A DNA stretch of 63,779 bases, the filler included, from Rhabdomonas costata (taxonomy: Eukaryota): the NCBI GenBank assembly GCA_019059605.1. It is 36 parts of 36 records of this genome, joined end to end, with 100 filler letters (N's around TTAATTAATTAA, not from the genome) between each part and the next. Parts side by side here need not be neighbours in the genome. Positions count along the whole stretch, not along the records: positions 23,072 to 24,745 come from JAHMHO010010851.1; positions 24,846 to 26,518 come from JAHMHO010010852.1; positions 26,619 to 28,293 come from JAHMHO010010853.1; positions 28,394 to 30,068 come from JAHMHO010010854.1; positions 30,169 to 31,843 come from JAHMHO010010855.1; positions 31,944 to 33,617 come from JAHMHO010010856.1; positions 33,718 to 35,391 come from JAHMHO010010857.1; 29 more parts are not named here. One strand, written 5' to 3'. Both the position numbers and the translations under genes were made by a program. Of this stretch, positions 23,809-34,291 are shown one piece after another (within the stretch, counting starts at the first letter, position 1; every line of letters starts with the position of its first letter). The notes beneath the pieces are model-generated. The model was not told where the DNA came from. It did no database searches and worked only from the letters and a program-made list of their open reading frames with translations.

Positions 23809-24210
23809 TTGAAATCCTCAGAACATGCAGAAACTCTCATGAAACTGAGTGAAAAAAACCCTCAGTTCTCTTCCAACACAAAAAACACGGATCACGTCCT
23901 GCCTTGGATCATAGAGTGCCAGGAAAGAGCAGCTAAAGCTGCCGGATACATTGGCCATCCAGCGCGCACTCAGCTCTTTTGTAGAGCATGTCATGGGGAT
24001 GTTCACAAGTGACAAGGGGTTTGAGTCATGGGAGCTGTTATGCAAAGACCTCAAGCCCACGTTTCTAAAGAACACAAATAAGTGGAGTCTGATTGAAGAG
24101 AAAGCCCACTGAAAACAGGAAGTTATTGGCCGAAGTTCCATTACACAAACATACAATATGTTCACCCCAGCCAATTTCATAGTTGACAAATTTATGATGA
24201 ACATAATCAA
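23809..24210 (+). pseudogene. Decayed LTR-retrotransposon gag-like sequence
   Basis: Fragments PQFSSNTKNTDHVLPWIIEC and (shifted frame) ESWELLCKDLKPTF...EEKAH*KQ...TYNMF follow the Ty3/gypsy-type gag pattern (P.F.G...W; W..l...F; L.Q; Y...F). Stops and frameshifts are present. Confidence 0.5.
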
Positions 24211-24682
24211 GTCCAACCACGGCCCCGGTGGCCCCTGTGGGTTGGCGGGCCCTGGCAAATTGCTCCCTCTCCTGCTGCGCCTGGTCACGGTCTCCGTCGC
24301 CCTGTATCCCATCTCCCGTCGCGCCCGCAACCGCCTCATCCACGCCCTCCACGGCAACACACGCGGTGGAAACCACCACTCGCGGAGGGCACGCCAATCC
24401 CAGGCGGTCCCCCTCTCGCTGCCCACTCCCGGGACCCGTGTGTCCGCTCCCCAGACCTCCGCTGCGCAACAGCGGGCCATCCTCGCTGGACGCCCCTCAC
24501 TCCCGGCGACGCTTCAGGCGGCTGGCTTCTCCCTCGATGCTTCCTGCTTCCCCGCGGAAGCCTTGGTGCACCTCACCCGGCGCCGGCTTTCCGCGTCTGC
24601 TTCTGCTGCTGTGCTGCTGCTGCTGTGGCCACGCATGAGGTAAGTGACTTCGCCATCGGCCTCGTGCTGAACAACGAGCCGC
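24211..24682. mobile_element. 472-bp GC-rich insertion flanked by a 16-bp direct repeat (target-site duplication)
   Basis: TGATGAACATAATCAA at 24195-24210 and 24683-24698, with an abrupt GC increase between the copies. Confidence 0.8.
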
Positions 24683-25536
24683 TGATGAACATAATCAATG
24701 GTTTATACCACTATCTCAGCGTAAATTGATGAAACACCCCCCCACNNNNNNNNNNNNNNNNNNNNNNNNNNNNNNNNNNNNNNNNNNNNTTAATTAATTA
24801 ANNNNNNNNNNNNNNNNNNNNNNNNNNNNNNNNNNNNNNNNNNNNGTTGTGTTTTGTACTGTGCCTGCCATGTGTATGTTTTTCCTGTACATTGTGCTCG
24901 CTGTGTCAGCCCCCAAGTTTACTTTGCGCTGCACTGCCTGTTCGGTGTGGCCTTCCCCCCACGGGCGAGGAGGATCCTGATAGAGACCCTGGCTGCTTCT
25001 ATTGAAGCCATTATACTATCTTTTGAATTTAAGAAGTTCTTGTATTTGTAATCGAACTATATCGAACCCTAAAAATCTGCCCCCGCTCCCTCCCGCTACG
25101 GGAACAACCTTCAGGCACTACAGCCTGCAGCAGACTGCCGTTCCTGCCTTCAGCCCCACCTCTATGAAAAAGCTTCGGTTTCATTCCTGTTTGAGATTGC
25201 AGGGTCGTTATATTAGTTTTTTGGCATTCTCGATTAGGGTACTGTAGGGCCGAAGGTTATTCAGCTGAGGCGAATACTTTTTCGCTGTGGGCATATCTGT
25301 AACCTCAATCTAAACCTGGGTTTTGGGTTGAACACGCGCCTGTGGGGCTCGAAATCTTCTCTGCCAGAAAGCGTGGTGACTGTCATTTTCAGGATCAGTC
25401 TCAACGATTCAGACGAAATCCCATTCGGTTTCGCTTTCGTTTATAAATAGTGCCGTTTTGATTTCCTCGCGTTTTCTTCTTCGATTGTTACTCTACTCCG
25501 CGCCACTGGTGGGGAGAGCCCGCTCCTCCCTCCAAA

Positions 25537-26492
25537 ATGGCTGACCCCATGGAAGTGGACCGCGAGCCGTCCGTTGCCTCAGGCAGGCAGCCCGCTTCCA
25601 CCGCCACCATCACGGCCTCCCCCGCGGCGCCCGCTGCTCCGCCCCCTCGGCTGCACTGCTTTTCGGATCCGAAGCTTAGGGTTCGGGAGCTGCTGAAGGG
25701 GTACTTCCATCAGCTCACCGTGGGATGTGGACAGGCCAGCTGCCGCAACGTGCACTGCAGGTGAACGGGAGAGAGAGGAGACAGTGAGATGATGCGCCTC
25801 CCCCCTCACCTACACTGTGCTATTGCACACGACGCGCATCCTCCGCGAGCCTGTTCCACTTGCCGACCCGACCTCGCTTTTTTCGCAGGGGTGACCTGCT
25901 CTCCGTATTCCCTGCCCAAGTGCTACGTCTTCCTTACCTGCTTGCGTCCTCCCCTTTGCTAACACTATAGCACCATCTGGCAGATCCATTGGAGATTATA
26001 TATAGAGAGAGAAAGAGCTTTGAGAGAAGAGCCAAACACAAGACAAGACAAGTGAGCTGGAAAGCTCACCAGGAGCACTTAGTGGGATGCCCCACCGCGA
26101 CGCAATTAGTGGTGGAATCGGTCTGGTATCGGTGTAACCGGAATGTCCAGTTTCCGCTGGTGAGCACGGCTATTGCTTTTGGCTGTTTCAGTAGTTGCTC
26201 AACTCTCTCTTGTCTCGGATTGTTGTGACGGGCCGCCTGGTGGGAAGAAGAAAAGCGTGATTGACTGAGTTGGAGTTGGAGAAATGGAAGTTCAGGCAAG
26301 AACATAATCGCACTTCACGGGATAAACTCTGCCTTTTGGGGACGATTTTGGGACTGGTTCCTTATTCGCATCCAGTTGGGTCAACAGAACAACAATCACG
26401 CGTACCTCCCACCGCACTTTGCAGCGGCAGCCCCGAGTTCAAGCCCCTGACAAAGCCCGCGGCTTTCGAAGAGGCCCGGCTGCTGTGCAGAG
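25537..26492 (+). CDS. AZUL zinc-domain protein N-terminus, probably a UBE3A/E6AP-like HECT E3 ligase (exons 25537-25760, 26425-26492)
   Basis: LLKGYFHQLTVGCGQASCRNVHCSGSPEFKPLTKPAAFEEARLL matches AZUL (YYHQLTEGCGNEACTNEFC). Phase-2 GT-AG intron. The HECT domain itself is not in the contig. Confidence 0.88.
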
Positions 26493-26618
26493 GTGTGGTT
26501 AGCTTTGCCCCAACCCCCNNNNNNNNNNNNNNNNNNNNNNNNNNNNNNNNNNNNNNNNNNNNTTAATTAATTAANNNNNNNNNNNNNNNNNNNNNNNNNN
26601 NNNNNNNNNNNNNNNNNN

Positions 26619-26967
26619 GGGTTTGGGGCGTGTGGGACGGGAGACAGCACGGAGATGCTTGCTTGGGTGTAGGCTTCCTGGAAGCTTTGGGCCTCCTCCG
26701 TGTTGAGGGTGGACGAGAGGAGGGCGAAGGAGGTGGCGAGCGGCACCAGGAAGGTGCAGTAGTCTGGCGGGAGCTGGGGATGTTGGAGGAGGGCCTCAAG
26801 TGCCGGTGTGGAGACCCCTTCGGGAAGCGGAGCGGTGGCTGCGAAGGACCCGAGCGAAGAGCTAGGGTAGCAAGGAGGTACACTAGGGAGTCCATGCGAG
26901 CGTCCACCCGATGCAGTATTTGGGCCAGCCAAGGCGGCGGGGCATCGGGCATGGATTGGTCGGCCAT
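26619..26967 (-). pseudogene. Frameshifted ORF of unknown function
   Basis: MADQSMPDAPPPWLAQILHRVDARMDSL continues in another frame as PALEALLQHPQLPPDYCTFLVPL. GC-rich, coding-like composition. Confidence 0.3.
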
Positions 26968-29371
26968 CAGGTGCGTGTGTGTTTTTTGACAGATGTGAAG
27001 ATTTAAAACGGCTGTGAGAGACGCCCGAGGTGCTTTGGGGACTTGAAAAACGTCAGTTTACCAGCACACGTAGCGGTTGGCGCAACGGCGCGGGGCCGCC
27101 CGCTACCTAGAAAGGCGGTCGTACAACAAAGTGGATCGGCGTTTTTTCTTATACAGGAATGCTATCCCCACACGACGGCATGCCACCGCTCCGCCGCCGC
27201 TGCTCAGAACTTTGTCTCCGTATTTTGGCTTGCGCAATTTAAAATCAAGATGACACGTCAGACATAGGAGATGAGGGCATACCAAATGGAAACGTAGTGG
27301 TGCTGGTTCAGGTGCTGTTTTCACACCTGGCACGCAAGTGCACAAATAGCAAAAAGTTCTAGGTGTTACACGTGGATTTGTGGAACGTTAGACCTTTTTA
27401 CCGCAACTTGCGGTTGGGTTCCGCCTGCAGCATCTCGTTCTGCAAGTGCTCAAAAGCCGTTGGTTTCCAAATAATATCCTCCAGCGATTCTGGCGGTATT
27501 GCAACGGGCCGTTGGGGTTAGATGTGGTACCGCTCATTTTACCACCAATTAGCAAACAAATGGGCTGCTAATTGGGTTCAATATCACCACCTGTTACTGA
27601 AGCAATATATTGAAAACGAACCGCGCAGAGGCAGTTGGGAGCCTTCCGTGCAAAAGTGTCGCGCGGGGCTCGTCTGGAAACCTGTCCCTGTAAAACGAAT
27701 GCTGATGTAACAATGTGGGTGAAAGTGAAAATGCCACCGCACTCACTGCAACAACTGGTGTGGGTGGGTTAATCAAACAGAGCTGTTTACAAAACGACGC
27801 CTCTTCTGTAACATCTGCTCCATACTGGGCGTTCCAAAGGCAAGTGCCTTGCCAACACGTGGCTTCCTCCGCTTCCGCGTTTTGACTTCTTCGGCTCTGT
27901 TTTCAGGCTCTTCCTTCTTTGATAGTTGTCACAATTACACAGGCGGCCTTTTGTGACTAATTGAACTGACATTGTAACGTAACTTTGGCTTTTATTTGGG
28001 TTTTTACTTCAAGTACAAGCATTAACCAAAGCCAGCGGTGGAAACGGGTAACATCCATGGTCAGACTCAATCGGGGCAATGGACACTCCGATTTTATAAC
28101 CACGTAGGTTCGCTACACGGTTAAACGCACTTTACATCACTATTCCGTTCAATTTAGAGTACTTTCATGTGAATATGCAGCCGATAAACGTCTTTTCTTG
28201 TTATCTGTGGTCTTCGTGCCAATGAGCCTCCTGCTCTTTCAAAAGCTGCGGCTTTGGATGGAATCAGGCGGCTCATTGGCACGAAGACCACCCNNNNNNN
28301 NNNNNNNNNNNNNNNNNNNNNNNNNNNNNNNNNNNNNTTAATTAATTAANNNNNNNNNNNNNNNNNNNNNNNNNNNNNNNNNNNNNNNNNNNNGTGGTTG
28401 TGTACAGCAGAAGCACTAGCCAGGGGGAAGGGGTGTGTGTGTGTGTTGGGCGTATTGCGCGTTGGCTGTTGCCTGGTTGACTGGTTGTTGGTGACCACTG
28501 TGGACTGACTGGTGTGTGTGTGTGTGTGAATGACATGGGTTTCCAAAAAGGAGACCTCCTCACTCCACGCAAACATTCTCTTCCGTATGCTGGTTGCTGG
28601 TTCTTCGTCTACGTTCTGAGATGCGACGCTTCCGACACTTGGGCAGAGAAAACCAAGATAGGCAACAGGAATTTATGACGTGGGTAACCAGTAACAGTGG
28701 TTTCTGGAAGGGGCTTTCCATCCCTCGAGCTATCCTCCTGCGGCTGTTCTCCATCTTCTTTCAGCGACTCATCTGCTTTGTATCCATGCAAATTCACTGC
28801 TAAAGGTCTTGAATTTGTCTCACATTGCAATGCAAACGCAACTGCGCTTGCACGTTGTGAACTCCATGGGAAAGAAGACATCCCCTGTACGAACCCCAGT
28901 GAGCATCTGTCCCTTAACCACAATACTCACGGTCAACAGGTTATCATTTTGCCTGGATTCGGGAACAGTAGCTCGACAGCGCACCCGAATCGCTGATGAG
29001 ATATCTTCAGAGAAACCAGATTATGCAAGATGTGAAAACAATTGCTGCAACAGCGTGAAGTTAGTGCGCATGAGAAAAATTACGCAAACAAAGACGAAAC
29101 GAACTGGGAGCGGAGCACACACCCAGAGCATTGATCACGAAGAGCAGGAAGGTGAGCCCGAAGATCGACGCTGGTGAGGTGACCTTAGAGAAGGGAAGCC
29201 AGGCACAGACACAAACACACACACAAGTTCCGCATTTCCACGTCTAAACACAGCTGCCGGGGATTCAACATTTCCAATTTGAGCAATATATTTACTATTC
29301 GGCCAATTTTTTTTTCGCTTTTCGGAAAATTTGAAGGTTTTTTACGATGGGTTTTATGTTTTTTTTACATT

Positions 29372-29861
29372 TTATCGTAGATAAGTGGCCAACTCTGTTC
29401 CGGTGCTGGTGGGGTTGGGATCTGCCACCACGAACGCAAGGGTAGTGACGCCGGGTCTCTGGGCGTCCCCACTTCCGTCGCCACCGCCCCACACCTCGTC
29501 GTAGAACAGCCCCAGGTTCAGGGTAGTGAACACCACCACCAGGCTGACATTGTCCAGGCGGGTCTGGAACCGGTACTGAAACGGCACGAAGAAGATGTTC
29601 AGCAGGAGCATCACGGAGATCGCCCACATTGCCAGGTAGGTCTGAGTGATGGGCTCCGTGAAGGCCACCCCGAGCACGATGAAGACGATCCGGCGGATGT
29701 GCAGCACCAGGTCCCACCAGAACAGCTTGGCGCGGTAGCCCCGGTACAGGAAGCCCACGGTGTGGTGCGGAATCCGGGTCTGCAGCAGGGAGTCGAAGGA
29801 GAGCCGGCAAAGGTGCAGCAGCGCGATGGTCGGCAGCAGGACCCCGTAAAACAGCCCAAAC
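29372..29861 (-). CDS. Multi-pass membrane protein exon (TRP_C/Flc-like protist family)
   Basis: GFLYRGYRAKLFWWDLVLHIRRIVFI...Q...VPFQYRFQTRLDNVSL with several hydrophobic helices and GC3-rich codons. The 3' exon boundary is uncertain. Confidence 0.75.
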
Positions 29862-30213
29862 CTGACCGCATGACAGGGGTGATGGTGGAGCGGTGGGAAA
29901 GAAGGGGCAACGTGCCCTCCAACAAAGGGCAAAATGCCTTCTGGTGGGTGCCAACCCAAGTTCAGTGAAATATAACCCCCAAAAAGAGATTATGCTCGTG
30001 GCAGATCAAAAAGCCTGTGTGTGTGTAAACGTGTGTGTTTGCACACACACCCCAAACACACCCACCACNNNNNNNNNNNNNNNNNNNNNNNNNNNNNNNN
30101 NNNNNNNNNNNNTTAATTAATTAANNNNNNNNNNNNNNNNNNNNNNNNNNNNNNNNNNNNNNNNNNNNTGGTGTGTGTTGGTCGCGGGGATCACCTGCAA
30201 CCCCTCCTGCCGA

Positions 30214-31615
30214 AGGTACGCCCTCAACGGCTCCGAGGTGGAGCTCTCGGCGTTCCTTCGGCAGGAGGGGTTGCAGGTGATCCCCGCGACCAACACGCAG
30301 CAGCTGGCGTACTTCATCAACTTCGTGAACCTTGGGGTGCCGCCACAGGATCTGGCGATGTGGGCGAACCGGCGGCCGATGATCCTGGGGGTGCACCCCG
30401 AGCTGCCTGCGGTGCTGGCCCGCCACGGGTTCAAAGGTTTTTCAAAGCTCTAAGTGTGGGTGAGTCGTTACTTTGTCTCACGGAGGCGCACGGGGCGATA
30501 CGTGTGTCGCTTGGGAATTAGCTGCTCGGATTACTTAGGAAACCTTGCCCCTATCTCCCGGTGAGAGTTGGTTTTTTTAGGGATAGTTTTATAAGGGGTG
30601 GGGTGTATAGTTTCGGAATGTTTAAGATGTGATTGGCCGCTCCGCTGCGCTTCGGGGTGCAGGGCGCTGGTAGGGCAATGTCCCCTGAGCCAGGTTACTG
30701 GCGTCGCAGGGCCATGCCAAGAAGGTCCGTTGACTCTGTTTCCGTTGATTGATTAAGAAGAGCAGCCATGATCAGGTTGATGAGTGATTGTTAGTACCCA
30801 ACTAATCTGCATCACCAACAGTTCTATTTTGTGTTTAAAAACATAAAGAAGTCAGTTTTGTCCTGGTCAGGTAGAGAATCGCTTAACGCTAGCGCTAAGG
30901 GGTCGCAAAAACGAAACGAAACGGTTTCAATTTGCCTTAAGCTTCGGGTATTGTTTTGGTCAGACCAGACAATTAATGCCTTCCAACATCTAGGCCCAGG
31001 GCAGTTTGGGGCTTCGGTACCGCTCTGATTTTCTTGTTAGCCGAATATGGAGAGAATATGAAGGGCTAAAAAGGGGGCGTTTAGAGGACAAAACCACACC
31101 ATCATGCCGCACACCGCTTGTGCGGCAGCGCTGTGTTAGTTTTTCGCGGATCTCTTTGGTCAGTGTCTTTCTTTTTCTGCGTCGAGGGGGGGGGTCGTCA
31201 CCAAACTCACAAGTTTGTGCCTCTCGCTTCATTCTCCTTGCCTTTTCTTCAGAGTCTGTGTGTCTGTCGGTCTGACTGAGTTTTGCTCTCTGTTTTTAGA
31301 AGAGTTTCCCCCCCCCGCACCCTCGAACACAAAGGGCGCACGCTGTACGTCAACTACTCCGGGATCACCGCGATGTACGGCGCCGCGCACTGCACGACGC
31401 AAGTCTTTCGGGTGCCCCCACGTCGACGGTTGGGATCCGCAAAACCTCTGCTTCTGGCGGCCTCGCCAGCCGCACCGTTGTCTCCCACAGCGTCGGTTGA
31501 CCCTATGGGCATTGGCGGTTCGCGATGGTCTGCATATCGGGCCCCTTTCTTGGCCGCCGCCGGGCTTCTGGTAGCCCTGATGGTCCGAAGGCTTGGCCGG
31601 GCCTCGCGGATGTAG
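30214..31615 (+). CDS. ADI: Arginine deiminase (eukaryotic type), C-terminal exons 30214-30436 and 31335-31615
   Basis: FLRQEGLQVIPATNTQQLAYFINFVNLG...ILGVHP...GFKGRTLYVNYSGITAMYGAAHCTTQV carries the ADI/amidinotransferase motif MYGxxHCxxQ with the catalytic Cys. Confidence 0.88.
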
Positions 31616-31943
31616 AACGGACGGCATGTACATCAGGTAGATTGAAATTAGAGAAGCAGATCCCCTCGTCTCTCTTTTCCCCCCACACCCACCGTTGTGA
31701 TTCACAAGTTTTTTGTGTTGCAATCGTGTGCTGGGCTTCTTTTCAGGGCTCGGAGGGTCGAGGCTGGAATTTCGAATGAAGCGGGCAGAAGTTGTCGTGT
31801 TCATCACTTTCATAGCGCTTTCATGTCATGGCCGGAAGTTGTGNNNNNNNNNNNNNNNNNNNNNNNNNNNNNNNNNNNNNNNNNNNNTTAATTAATTAAN
31901 NNNNNNNNNNNNNNNNNNNNNNNNNNNNNNNNNNNNNNNNNNN

Positions 31944-32429
31944 GACGTTGAAACAAGTTGTGATCAATGTACACCAAAATCACAAAATGCATTTATTCAA
32001 AAACAGAATTATACATGTAATTCATTAAATGTATCCGATGACAATTATGAGAGTAATTCACCAACAAAAAGAAAAGACAAAGAAAGATGCGAAGATACAG
32101 ATTTATTTACAAAATATAATAAAAGTAATGATTTAATATTACAACAAAATTACCTAGATCAAATTGATACAAAAATTAAATATATATTAGATCAAATAAA
32201 TAATGTTAATGACAAAATATTATATAGATGGAAATTTGTATCATTCAAAGTAGTATATTTTATAATTTATTTGTATGATGAAGTACTGATAAATATAGAA
32301 AAACATAATATTAATGAAGCTCAAACAATATTGTCATATATATTAAAATTTTTTGATGATGGAGTTAGTGTTTTTATGTTAAAACAATCAAATTTAACAG
32401 ATGTTGTTATTCGCTTTGATCATAAATAA
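31944..32429 (+). CDS. AT-rich hypothetical protein, 5'-truncated (possible giant-virus gene)
   Basis: 162-codon frame from the contig start to TAA (DVETSCDQC...VVIRFDHK*), rich in N/K/I/Y, no introns. Confidence 0.75.
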   Translation, partial: DVETSCDQCTPKSQNAFIQKQNYTCNSLNVSDDNYESNSPTKRKDKERCEDTDLFTKYNKSNDLILQQNYLDQIDTKIKYILDQINNVNDKILYRWKFVSFKVVYFIIYLYDEVLINIEKHNINEAQTILSYILKFFDDGVSVFMLKQSNLTDVVIRFDHK

Positions 32430-32462
32430 TGATATAAAAAAATAATGAATATAAAGAAATAA

Positions 32463-32672
32463 ATGAATTACATAAAATTCAAAGATATACATTATATAGT
32501 AACAAATTTGACATTAAACAATTTTACGAAATTACCACAAGATGAATACGAAAAACTAAAATCAATTAAAAATACATTTTATGAAAAAAGAAAAAATAAG
32601 ACATTAACCAAAGAAGAAGTTGATGAATACAAACAATATATAATGAGATGTTGTGAAATGATAAGGAAATAA
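32463..32672 (+). CDS. Small K-rich hypothetical protein (69 aa)
   Basis: ATG-to-TAA ORF 33 bp after the previous stop, with the same AT-rich codon usage. Confidence 0.65.
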   Translation: MNYIKFKDIHYIVTNLTLNNFTKLPQDEYEKLKSIKNTFYEKRKNKTLTKEEVDEYKQYIMRCCEMIRK

Positions 32673-32703
32673 TTTTTATTATTTTACAAAAACAATAAAA
32701 ATT
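32671..32703. terminator. AT-rich hairpin between convergent ORFs
   Basis: AATTTTTATT (32671-32680) and AATAAAAATT (32694-32703) form a perfect 10-bp inverted repeat. Confidence 0.5.
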
Positions 32704-32740
32704 TCATTGGAATTTAAGAAGATAATACTTATTTTGTTTT

Positions 32741-33616
32741 TTAAGGTTTGTATACTGCTGAGATCGGTTGAGGATTTAACCATGGATCTTTTTGTCCTTG
32801 AACTACATCAATTATTCCAGCTTGTGTCAATGCTGAAGTTACATAACTATTAGCAGTAACCATTGTTGTAATTGATGCAAGATATTCTTCTCCAGCATAC
32901 CAATCATTAGCACCTTCTCCTTTACCATTTTCACCATTAATTGGTTCTGGATCCTCAAATCCAGTTTCCCAATAATAACCGAGATATCCAAACAAAACAC
33001 CAACCATATCTGATGCATTTAACAAACAATGTTTTATAGTTATATTTTCTTTTTTTTTTTTACGGATTGCAACTCGTATAGCATCACCAGTATGTACAAT
33101 GAAAGTTTTAGTATTGTTTTTAAATATAAATGGAGGGACAATTTCACCGTCACTATTTGTGTTTTGATGTATTTCAAAATTTAATTCATTTGCATATTTT
33201 AATAAAATATTCTTATCAATCCTCCCTATTGAAAAGTATACATTATTTATATTTGATTTATTAAAAGCATTTAATAATGCTTTTATAACAGAATCAATCA
33301 AATGTTTTTTAATGTCATAATCCTTAATATTAATCATAAAAGCTCCGATACCAATTGGTATCATATGTAAATATTCATAATTATTTTTGATGCAAATATT
33401 AAATATTTTTTTAAAGAATTCGTTGTATCTAACAAATAAATCATCTTTTTTAATTGTTATTTTACATATCTTATTCTTTATTAATTGATTATCGGATATA
33501 TTTTCTATATCAGATGATGTAATTATTTTTGATGGACTATCATATATTGTTGTTATATTAATTTTTGATGTATCAGTTATTATATTACGTGAAAGTGAAA
33601 GTGGAATACTACAAAA
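32741..33616 (-). CDS. AT-rich protein with a macrodomain/PARG-like motif, 5'-truncated
   Basis: Frame stays open to the contig end (292 codons). IFNICIKNNYEYLHMIPIGIGAF resembles the GxGxF loop of macro-type folds. Confidence 0.7.
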   Translation of the reverse strand, partial: FCSIPLSLSRNIITDTSKINITTIYDSPSKIITSSDIENISDNQLIKNKICKITIKKDDLFVRYNEFFKKIFNICIKNNYEYLHMIPIGIGAFMINIKDYDIKKHLIDSVIKALLNAFNKSNINNVYFSIGRIDKNILLKYANELNFEIHQNTNSDGEIVPPFIFKNNTKTFIVHTGDAIRVAIRKKKKENITIKHCLLNASDMVGVLFGYLGYYWETGFEDPEPINGENGKGEGANDWYAGEEYLASITTMVTANSYVTSALTQAGIIDVVQGQKDPWLNPQPISAVYKP

Positions 33617-33855
33617 CNNNNNNNNNNNNNNNNNNNNNNNNNNNNNNNNNNNNNNNNNNNNTTAATTAATTAANNNNNNNNNNNNNNNNNNNNNNNNNNN
33701 NNNNNNNNNNNNNNNNNGGGGTTTTGGGGCACCAATCCGAGAGCTGGAAAAGGATTGGATACACCCAAAGCTCGCGACTGGTCTGAAAAAGGTGAAAATG
33801 TGCATCATCTTGCGTACCGAAAAGACCAATACCACAGTCGGCCCATGAAGATATT

Positions 33856-34291
33856 TGACAAAGCTCGATTTTAAAATGCACTTTTTAGGTCAATAATTCC
33901 TCAGCTCGAACCCCCCTTTCCCCCAATGGGTCAATGTTGACTTTTATGGTAGGCTGGGTGCCCCATTGTGAAACAACATTGACTACATGGGGAAAGGGGG
34001 ACGCGTGTGCTTTGCGCAGCAACCGCAAAAGTGCCCAAATCGGCTTTTTCCAGCAAAAAAGGGCAAAATTAAGGGGGAAACCGTGGTTTATAGGCCAAAA
34101 TTGATGAAAAAAGAAGCAAATTACAAGTACACACGGATGAGTGGGGTGGTAACGGCACCAAAAAATTACTTGAGGGTAAACCTCGACTTGGGAAGGGTAA
34201 AACGAGTTCCGGCGACAGAGATGCAAAAAGATCTTGAATTATTGACACTTTTTTACTGTGTGATAGGGCATCTTAAAATCGAGCTTTGTCA
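33856..34291. mobile_element. MITE/fold-back-like element bounded by 24-bp inverted repeats
   Basis: TGACAAAGCTCGATTTTAAAATGC (33856-33879) vs reverse complement at 34268-34291, one mismatch; a further inner IR GTCAATAATTC / GAATTATTGAC. Confidence 0.6.

Noticed and set aside
28265..28291. Inverted repeat of 28207-28233
   Set aside because: Terminal fold-back artefact pattern.
30175..30216. 42-bp perfect inverted copy of 30255-30296 inside the ADI exon
   Set aside because: At the contig start and duplicating coding sequence; fold-back chimera. It also explains the mirror ORFs 30117-30434 and 30121-30426.
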